Source of the DNA: an uncultured Bacilli bacterium | GTDB lineage: Bacteria; Bacillota_I; Bacilli_A; RF39; UBA660 | DNA: 36,254 bases | Direction: 5' to 3' | NCBI GenBank assembly: GCA_944358805.1 | Contig: CALVSD010000003.1 | Coordinates: 1 to 36,254 of the forward strand | In this document: piece by piece, positions 29,972 to 36,254 of the stretch | How the letters are laid out: each line of letters begins with the position of its first letter | Numbering within the stretch: position 1 is the first letter of the stretch | Translations under genes and position numbers: made by a program | The notes under the pieces: generated by a model | Databases searched by the model: none | What the model was told of the DNA's origin: nothing | What the model saw: only the letters and a program-made list of their open reading frames with translations

Positions 29972-30060
29972 AATTTATATTTAACATTTGTTAACAAATA
30001 AGTAAGTTTATACCCCCCCCCTAATTTACAAATAGTTAATTTCTCTTTGTTTATTTTCAT
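29950..30060 (-). CDS. Leader peptide, 36 aa (MKINKEKLTICKLGGGYKLTYLLTNVKYKLKTIVEF), containing a G9 tract
   Basis: Not in ORF track. Consensus RBS AGGAGGT upstream of ATG 30060; TAG stop (29952-29950) lies in the terminator stem next to the loop. Confidence 0.75.
   Translation of the reverse strand: MKINKEKLTICKLGGGYKLTYLLTNVKYKLKTIVEF
30013..30021 (-). repeat. Homopolymeric G9 tract (C9 on + strand), candidate slipped-strand phase-variation site
   Basis: Nine consecutive C at 30013-30021; the only G/C run of this length I found in the AT-rich window; read as GGG GGG GGG although Gly is mostly GGA/GGT elsewhere. Confidence 0.85.
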
Positions 30061-30117
30061 GCTTTATTACCTCCTACTTGTAAATTAGTTAAGGATTTAC
30101 TTACTATCTACATCTAT

Positions 30118-30146
30118 AATATATCATAAATTTTAATAGTTAGCAA
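30118..30146 (-). promoter_or_regulatory. sigA-type promoter for the leader and secreted protein transcript
   Basis: TTGCTA (30146-30141), 17-nt spacer ending in TGA, TATATT (30123-30118); just downstream of the efp terminator. Confidence 0.65.
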
Positions 30147-30156
30147 TAAATTATAC

Positions 30157-30188
30157 AAAAAAAACAGTTTCAAAAATTCAAAACTGTT
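30157..30188 (-). terminator. Intrinsic terminator of rpmG-efp
   Basis: AACAGTTT/AAACTGTT stem (30163-30170, 30181-30188) followed by a U-run. Confidence 0.75.
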
Positions 30189-30744
30189 ATTTTCTAGATA
30201 CATATTTACCATCTTTTGTAGATACAATTATTTCTTCTCCTTGTTCTATAAATAATGGTACTCTAACTGTCATTCCAGTTTCTAATGTTGCATCTTTTGT
30301 TGCATTAGTAGCAGTGTTTCCTTTTACTGCAGGTTCTGTTTCTGTAATAACATAATCTACTTTTTCAGGAAGTTCTATTCCTAATAATTCACTTTCAAAG
30401 AAAATTATTATAACTTCTAATCCTTCTTTTAAGAATTTTGCTTCATTTTCTATTTGCTTGATGTCAACATCTATTTGCTCATAAGTTTCCATATTCATGA
30501 AACTATAACTGTCTCCAGTTGAATATAAGAATTGCATTTTTGTTTTACTTATATGAGCAGTAGGAACTTTAATACCTGAATTAAATGTTTGTTCTACAAT
30601 TGAACCAGTTCTTAAGTTTTTTAACTTAGTTTTTACTATTGCAGCACCTTTACCTGGTTTTACATGTTGGAATTCTAATACTTGATAAAGATTTCCTTCA
30701 TACATGATGGTTACGCCTACTTTAAAATCATTTACGTTAATCAT
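30187..30744 (-). CDS. efp: Translation elongation factor P
   Basis: FQHVKPGKGAA, FMNMETYEQ, EPAVKGNTA, ATLETG, VPLFI. Confidence 0.98.
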   Translation of the reverse strand: MINVNDFKVGVTIMYEGNLYQVLEFQHVKPGKGAAIVKTKLKNLRTGSIVEQTFNSGIKVPTAHISKTKMQFLYSTGDSYSFMNMETYEQIDVDIKQIENEAKFLKEGLEVIIIFFESELLGIELPEKVDYVITETEPAVKGNTATNATKDATLETGMTVRVPLFIEQGEEIIVSTKDGKYVSRK

Positions 30745-30759
30745 CGTTTCACTTCCTTA

Positions 30760-30927
30760 CTATTTCTTTTCTTTATGTGTAGTTACTTTACGACATTTAT
30801 TACAAAATTTTCTTAATTCTAAACGTTCTGTCGTATTTTTTTTATTTTTACTTACATTGTAGTTTGGAGTTTTACATTCTTCACAAACTAAAGACACTAA
30901 TGTTCTATTTTCAGTTTTTTTTGCCAT
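30760..30927 (-). CDS. rpmG: 50S ribosomal protein L33 (zinc-binding C+ form)
   Basis: Not in ORF track. [55 protein letters not shown], 55 aa, two CxxC; RBS AAGGAGG; extended -10 TGTTATAAT at 30960-30968. Confidence 0.96.
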   Translation of the reverse strand: MAKKTENRTLVSLVCEECKTPNYNVSKNKKNTTERLELRKFCNKCRKVTTHKEKK

Positions 30928-30970
30928 AATATACCTCCTTCAAAACATATCTGTGTATAATTATAACACA

Positions 30971-33058
30971 TTATTTATAAATTTCAAAGAATTTATTAGT
31001 AATTTGTGCAGATATTCGTTTAGTTACAGCACTTTGATATGTACTACTACCATAAGAATGACTAATATCAGGGCTTACTACAACAACACTCATTTTAGGA
31101 TTTTCACTTGGAGCATATCCTACGAATGATGAAGTTATTGTCTCTGTGTCTACAACACCATCACCATTTGTGTCAATAAAGCTTTGACTAGTACCAGTTT
31201 TTCCTGATGCATCATAATAATATCCCATATATCCATATCCTAGTCCACTTGTTACAACTGCATTAAATCCTTCTCTTACTCTATCCATATATTTCTTTTC
31301 TACATCCACTGTACCTTGCACTTCTGTTTCTGCTTTATATATCATAGTACCAAATGTTTCTTCATTATCAACACTTGGAGTATATACTTCTTTTAATAAG
31401 TATGGCTTTAATCTTGATCCACCATTAGCTATTGTATTTATATATTGTGATAATTGTATTGGTGTATAAGTATCATACTGTCCAATAGAAAAATCAAGTA
31501 AATGTCCCGGCAATGTAGAAGAACCCATATATCCTAAACTTTCTACTGGTAAATCTATTCCAGTTTTTACTCCTAATCCAAATTGTGCATACATATCACG
31601 ATATTTATCAAAAGCACTCTTATCTACACTTAAAGCTTCATTATAAACGTAATTTCCTCCACCTACTTTAATAGCTATTTTGTATTGATAAACATTTGAT
31701 GAATATTGTAGAGCATAAATATCGTCTATATATCCCATCGTTCTCCAAGAACATTTTTCAGGAGTATCTTTTATCTTAATACATTCATCTAATTGTACTT
31801 CTCCAATATTTATAGCGCCATATTTATATCCAACTAACATAGAAGCACCTTTAACTACACTTCCGGGAGTTACTGGTAAAGTTACCACACCAGGCGTATA
31901 ATCAATTACATACCTACTTCCATTCTTATTAGTTTTAACTTGTTTCCCGGCCATTGCCAATATTTCGCCATTATTTGGATCACTTACAATTGCAAAAGAA
32001 CGATCGTAATAGTCTGTATTAGGTTCATTTTTAGCATTTAAGATTTCATCAGCCAGCATTTCTTCTAAATACTTTTGCAAATCAATATCAATAGTTAATA
32101 CTATATCATTACCTCTTGTTCCTTCACTAATAAGTTCATAAGTATTATCACTTAAAACTTTATAAGTAGCCTTTGTACCCTTTAAATAATTCTCGTATTG
32201 ATATTCTAAATAACTAATTCCTACTCTATCATCTAAACTATAACCATTGTTTAAATAATATTCTGCAAGTTCTGCTGGAATACCTTGAGTATTAGATGAT
32301 ACTGTTCCAAGTATACTTTTAAATGTATCACCATATAAATATATTCGATCCCAATCTAACTTAGTATTAAAACCTTTTAATGTATCAATATTTTCTGATA
32401 TTATTGCATATTCTTCTTCAGTTACATCAACATTCTTTATAATTTTTTCTGCATAAGAATAACCTTTATTCATAAGATAATATAAATATGCGGCTTCTTT
32501 ATCTTCTTCATTATATACACTAAGTTCTTCTTCAGTTATTCTCTCCATTATAAGTTTTTCAATATCATCACTAGATAATTTTCTTTCAGACTTTTGTTGC
32601 CACTCTTCTTCTGTTATCTTCTTTTGAGCGAGTTCCTTATTATTAACGTACCAAAAATTTTTAAGCATTGTTTCATTTAATTTACTATAATCTAAATTAA
32701 TTAATCCACTAACAGTATAAGCTAGTTCTATTTCTTCTTTAGTAGTAATATCATTTTGCTTTTTATAATAAATAGTTTTTATTGCCACATTATCTACGAG
32801 TAACTTATGATTTCTGTCATATATTCTCCCTCTTGGAGAAGAAGTGCTTTCCACATTTTTTTCTGTCGCCATGACTAATTTTTCATTATATTCTTCTTCT
32901 TCTAAAACTTGTAATTGGAATAATCTAACTACTATAATAGAAAATAATATCAAAACAAATACTGTAATAAAAGCATATCTTTTTTCAATCATATCTTTTA
33001 GATATCTTGTTTGTTTTTTTCTACTTCTATTTATTTTTTTTCTATATATTTGTACCAT
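30971..33058 (-). CDS. pbpA: Class B penicillin-binding protein (PBP2A/PbpA type)
   Basis: TM anchor, RGRIYDRN, G.S.LE.QYE, SxxK (GSVVK), SxN (SSNVY), IGQYDTYTPIQL, KTG. Start moved to ATG 33058 (RBS AAAGGTGG). Confidence 0.92.
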   Translation of the reverse strand: MVQIYRKKINRSRKKQTRYLKDMIEKRYAFITVFVLILFSIIVVRLFQLQVLEEEEYNEKLVMATEKNVESTSSPRGRIYDRNHKLLVDNVAIKTIYYKKQNDITTKEEIELAYTVSGLINLDYSKLNETMLKNFWYVNNKELAQKKITEEEWQQKSERKLSSDDIEKLIMERITEEELSVYNEEDKEAAYLYYLMNKGYSYAEKIIKNVDVTEEEYAIISENIDTLKGFNTKLDWDRIYLYGDTFKSILGTVSSNTQGIPAELAEYYLNNGYSLDDRVGISYLEYQYENYLKGTKATYKVLSDNTYELISEGTRGNDIVLTIDIDLQKYLEEMLADEILNAKNEPNTDYYDRSFAIVSDPNNGEILAMAGKQVKTNKNGSRYVIDYTPGVVTLPVTPGSVVKGASMLVGYKYGAINIGEVQLDECIKIKDTPEKCSWRTMGYIDDIYALQYSSNVYQYKIAIKVGGGNYVYNEALSVDKSAFDKYRDMYAQFGLGVKTGIDLPVESLGYMGSSTLPGHLLDFSIGQYDTYTPIQLSQYINTIANGGSRLKPYLLKEVYTPSVDNEETFGTMIYKAETEVQGTVDVEKKYMDRVREGFNAVVTSGLGYGYMGYYYDASGKTGTSQSFIDTNGDGVVDTETITSSFVGYAPSENPKMSVVVVSPDISHSYGSSTYQSAVTKRISAQITNKFFEIYK

Positions 33059-33129
33059 ATTATTCCACCTTTCATTATTTATTATAGCATATTTATAAAT
33101 ATTATACATAGACTTAATTGGTGATATAC

Positions 33130-33384
33130 ATGAATAATTTTTTAATTAGTGAATATGTAAAAAGGATAACTAAAGATGATATAAATAAATTTTCTTTAAA
33201 ACAGGGCGTTAACTTAACAAAAGACGAATTAGATATAATTTACAATTATGTAAAAAAAGATTATAAAACAGTTATATACGGAAATCCTAGAGTTATTTTA
33301 GATGAATTAAAAACTAAAGTTAGAACCCTTACTTATAATAAGATAGAAAGTTTATATGAACAATTTAAAGGATATTTAAATTAA
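33130..33384 (+). CDS. DUF2624 family protein (YqfT-like, sporulation)
   Basis: IT.DDI.KFS.KQGVNLT pattern and position convergent with nfo match B. subtilis yqfT as recalled. Start moved to ATG 33130 (RBS GGTGA). Confidence 0.7.
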   Translation: MNNFLISEYVKRITKDDINKFSLKQGVNLTKDELDIIYNYVKKDYKTVIYGNPRVILDELKTKVRTLTYNKIESLYEQFKGYLN

Positions 33385-33390
33385 AAGAAA

Positions 33391-34296
33391 CTACTTATAG
33401 TAATTTCTAATGTCTGTTATTAAATTTTCATTAAACTTTTTAGTTCTTATCATTTCTATTTCAAATAAATATGGAGGATATACTCTTTCTTTAGAATCAT
33501 CAGTTTTAGTTACATATGGTGTTTCTAATATTTTAGGGATATTCTCTATTTTTTTATTATAAATAATATTTATTAGATTATCAAACCCTAAATATCCATA
33601 TCCTATGTTTTCATGTCTATCTTTATGTGATGCTATATCATTCTTACTATCATTTACATGAATACATTTTAATTTATCTAATCCAATTATATTGTCAAAT
33701 TCATCAAGTACTTTATCAAAATCACTAATATCATATCCGGCATCATTTATATGACAAGTATCTAAGCATACACCAATTTTATCTTTAAATTTAACTCCTT
33801 CAATTATTCTATTTATTTCTTCAAAAGTTTTACCTATTTCATTACCTTTACCTGCCATTGTTTCTAAACATATTGTAACATCATAATCATTATCTAAAAT
33901 AAGATTTAATCCTTTTATAATATTAGTAATAGCAATATCTCTATTTCCTTCAACTGCAGATCCTGGATGCAATACCATTTTATTTATTCCAAGTAAACTA
34001 CATCTTTCTACTTCACTTGTTAAAAATGATACTGAAAAATCAAAATTTTTACTATTAGCTAAATTAACTATATAAGGTGCATGTACTATAACATTGTTTA
34101 AATCAATATTATTTTCTTTCATTAATTTATATGCTTCTAAAGTTAATTCATCTTTTATTCCAAGTCTATTTGTATTTTGTGGTGCTCCTGTATAAAACAT
34201 AAATGTATTTGCTTTATAACTAAGTGCTTCTTGCACACACCCTAATAATTGTTTATCATTTTTAAAAGAGACATGCGCCCCTATTATTAAATTCAT
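33391..34296 (-). CDS. nfo: Endonuclease IV (AP endonuclease)
   Basis: IGAHVS, HAPYIVNLA, LHPGS, LETMAGKG, CLDTCH, HVNDSK, DRHENIG, ILETP. Confidence 0.97.
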   Translation of the reverse strand: MNLIIGAHVSFKNDKQLLGCVQEALSYKANTFMFYTGAPQNTNRLGIKDELTLEAYKLMKENNIDLNNVIVHAPYIVNLANSKNFDFSVSFLTSEVERCSLLGINKMVLHPGSAVEGNRDIAITNIIKGLNLILDNDYDVTICLETMAGKGNEIGKTFEEINRIIEGVKFKDKIGVCLDTCHINDAGYDISDFDKVLDEFDNIIGLDKLKCIHVNDSKNDIASHKDRHENIGYGYLGFDNLINIIYNKKIENIPKILETPYVTKTDDSKERVYPPYLFEIEMIRTKKFNENLITDIRNYYK

Positions 34297-34332
34297 TTTA
34301 TCACTTCCCTATATAATTATATAATATTTTAA

Positions 34333-34360
34333 GAAAAAGAAAAAGCGATTACTCGCTTTT
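34333..34360 (-). terminator. Intrinsic terminator overlapping the pilin stop codon
   Basis: AAAAGCGA-GTAA-TCGCTTTT (34341-34360) with GNRA loop and U-rich tail. Confidence 0.7.
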
Positions 34361-34867
34361 TGGTGCCATATTTCCTCCAGTAGCAGTACTAAATCCATAA
34401 GTTACCATACCTGCAGTGTAATTTTTACCGCCTTCTTTTGCTACTAATAGTACTTCTAATTCATTATCACTTGTATACTTAATTGCAGAACAAGTGCTTT
34501 CGTCTACTTTGTAATCTACTGGTACATTACCATCCATTTTATATTCTACTTCACTTAATCCAACAGTCTTTGCAAATCCTTCAACAGATCCCATGCATAC
34601 CCATTGATCTTTGTTTTCACTATTATAAACTTCTGATTTTAATTCACTACTTATTTGCCAGTTTTCTTCAGGTTGCATTCCATCCTCAACAATCATCTGA
34701 GACCAAGAACTTACTATTGTTTTAGATTGAGAATGAACTGCACTTACCTTACTACTATTCATAACACTAGATACTTGTGGAAACACCAAAGCTATAATAA
34801 TTGCTAATATTACAATAACCGCTAATAATTCTACTAAAGTAAAACCTTTTCTATTTAACTTACCCAT
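34349..34867 (-). CDS. Type IV pilin (class III signal peptide)
   Basis: MGKLNRKG|FTLVELLAVIVILAIIIALVFP with Glu5; two Cys in the globular domain; RBS AGGAGG. Confidence 0.9.
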   Translation of the reverse strand: MGKLNRKGFTLVELLAVIVILAIIIALVFPQVSSVMNSSKVSAVHSQSKTIVSSWSQMIVEDGMQPEENWQISSELKSEVYNSENKDQWVCMGSVEGFAKTVGLSEVEYKMDGNVPVDYKVDESTCSAIKYTSDNELEVLLVAKEGGKNYTAGMVTYGFSTATGGNMAPKSE

Positions 34868-34894
34868 CAATTATCCTCCTATTTCTATATATTA

Positions 34895-34923
34895 AATATA
34901 TCACGAATAATATTTATAGTCAA
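34895..34923 (-). promoter_or_regulatory. sigA-type promoter of the pilin gene
   Basis: TTGACT (34923-34918, overlapping the rsmD stop), 17-nt spacer ending in TGA, TATATT (34900-34895). Confidence 0.65.
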
Positions 34924-35468
34924 TTATTTTTATAAATATAAACATATTTATATCCATATTTTTTACTTTTCACTAATGTCAAATTATTATATTTTTCTTT
35001 CAATTTATCACTTTCAAATTCTAAAACAATTATTCCTTGTTTTTTTAGTAAATCATATTCTAATATCTTATTAATTACTTCATCAATTATTTCATACTTA
35101 TATGGAGGATCTACAAAAATAATATCAAATTTAATACCACTATTATTAAAATAATTAAGTGCTTTATTATAATCATTATGTAATATAGTAGCTTTATCAT
35201 TAATATTAAACGATTCAACATTCTTTTTTATTACCTTTATTGCTTCAATACTATTATCTACAAAAAAACATTTAGAAGCACCATTACTAATTGCTTCAAT
35301 TCCTAAATTACCACTACCTGCAAATAGATCTAAAACAATACTGTCCTTAATATAATTTTGAATAGTGCCAAATACCGATTCTTTTACTCTATCCATTGTA
35401 GGTCTTGTTCCATCAATATTATATCCTAATATATTTCTTCCCTTTAATGTACCACTTATAACTCTCAC
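34920..35468 (-). CDS. rsmD: 16S rRNA (guanine966-N2)-methyltransferase (YlbH)
   Basis: MRVISG.LKGR, TRPTMDRVKESVF, LDLFAGSGNLGIEAISNGA, FVDPPY; GTG start, TGA stop. Confidence 0.96.
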   Translation of the reverse strand: MRVISGTLKGRNILGYNIDGTRPTMDRVKESVFGTIQNYIKDSIVLDLFAGSGNLGIEAISNGASKCFFVDNSIEAIKVIKKNVESFNINDKATILHNDYNKALNYFNNSGIKFDIIFVDPPYKYEIIDEVINKILEYDLLKKQGIIVLEFESDKLKEKYNNLTLVKSKKYGYKYVYIYKNN

Positions 35469-35535
35469 ATAATCACCTTTTCTATTAATAAATTACTATA
35501 TAATATTTTTTTAGTCAAGAAAAAAAGATAGAAAT

Positions 35536-35757
35536 CTATCTTAATACATCTAAAAAAGTTTGTAACATATTTATATTATCTAACATTTTATTTAACTTAT
35601 CAGTAGGTTTTAATTTATATTTATCTTTCATGTCTTCAACAAATTCTTTAAAATTTGCAGGATTTCTGTTTAATAATTTATACCAATAAGAATATTCTCT
35701 TAAAAATTTTATATAGTTTGGATTAGTTTTTAATTGATATTGAAGCTCTAATGTCAT
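35536..35757 (-). CDS. ylbE: YlbE-like protein
   Basis: FLREYSYWYKLLNRNP..FKEF...KY signature; translationally coupled to ylbD and upstream of rsmD/ylbH. Confidence 0.85.
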   Translation of the reverse strand: MTLELQYQLKTNPNYIKFLREYSYWYKLLNRNPANFKEFVEDMKDKYKLKPTDKLNKMLDNINMLQTFLDVLR

Positions 35758-36134
35758 TAATCTTCAAAGTGTTTATATAATGGTCTAGGTTTATATTCTG
35801 ATGTTTTATTAGAATTATCTTTTACAAACAAATCACTTACTAATCCAATTGCTTTTTGTAATGACACTATTCCTTCTTGTACTTTATTAACATCCATATT
35901 TTTTGCCATATTAATTATTTCTGTTAATGAACTACCAGTACTTTTAGTATTTTTTTTGTTATTATTATTTTCTACGTTATTACTTCTTATATAGTTATTC
36001 CATATATTTTTGTCTTCTCCATATAAATCGTAAAATTCATAAAATTGTTGCCAAGTCATTTTATTATCTTTTACTTGTGATATTAAACTAGGATTTTTTC
36101 TAACAAACTCTTTAAATTCGTCAATTTTAGACAT
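35757..36134 (-). CDS. ylbD: YlbD-like putative spore coat protein
   Basis: IDEFKEFVRKNP.L...V....TWQQFYE.YDLYGED..IW and MDVNKVQ..I.SLQKAIG match the YlbD pattern. Confidence 0.85.
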   Translation of the reverse strand: MSKIDEFKEFVRKNPSLISQVKDNKMTWQQFYEFYDLYGEDKNIWNNYIRSNNVENNNNKKNTKSTGSSLTEIINMAKNMDVNKVQEGIVSLQKAIGLVSDLFVKDNSNKTSEYKPRPLYKHFED

Positions 36135-36254
36135 AGACTATCACCTAATAAATTATATGCAAAACTTATTAAATGTTGAACAAAAGTCAAAATAAATTTT
36201 GACTAACTTACCTCACGGTAAGTTTTTTCTACTTCATAGGAATTTATATTCCTC

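Noticed and set aside
27422-30186. Complete diversity-generating retroelement or invertase-driven switch
   Set aside because: No reverse transcriptase, template repeat or recombinase in the window; kept only as hypotheses in the findings.
1315-34725. Short ORF-track entries at 1315, 4056, 4630, 8193, 8852, 13949, 14696, 16795, 21084, 22121, 22508, 25489, 26267, 29442, 32844 and 34483
   Set aside because: All lie antisense to, or out of frame within, well-supported genes and show no family motif; typical shadow ORFs.
1-36254. CRISPR array, tRNA/rRNA, IS element or prophage; Mollicute genetic code 4
   Set aside because: No spaced direct repeats, cloverleaf, transposase, integrase or phage genes seen; conserved Trp residues use TGG and TGA terminates rsmD.

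Overview
Very AT-rich (roughly three-quarters A+T by eye) chromosomal segment of a Bacilli-like Firmicute using genetic code 11; almost all genes are on the minus strand. The combination of low GC, cell-wall genes, Bacillus-type sporulation genes and type IVa pilus genes suggests an uncultured RF39-like lineage (inference). Core genes: partial cysteine synthase, hisS, helD, murG-murB-divIB, queA-dnaG-sigA-trmK, efp, rpmG (missed by the ORF track), pbpA, nfo and rsmD. Interleaved are seven homologues of B. subtilis sporulation genes (YdcC/SsdC, YuzA, YqfQ/VrrA, YhfW, YqfT, YlbD, YlbE), an NfeD-SPFH pair, an FtsX-type ABC exporter, pilC-pilD plus a separate pilin, two GT-C-like membrane proteins, a degenerate Fic protein and an 823-aa secreted Cys-rich protein. 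The most striking feature is the 293-bp region upstream of that secreted protein (29894-30186). It holds a sigA promoter and an unannotated 36-codon leader ORF with a strong RBS and an in-frame G9 tract. The leader stop codon lies inside a long intrinsic terminator just ahead of the gene. Gain or loss of one G moves the stop upstream of the terminator, so this looks like a slipped-strand, phase-variable attenuator switch. No rRNA, tRNA, CRISPR array or mobile element was recognised.
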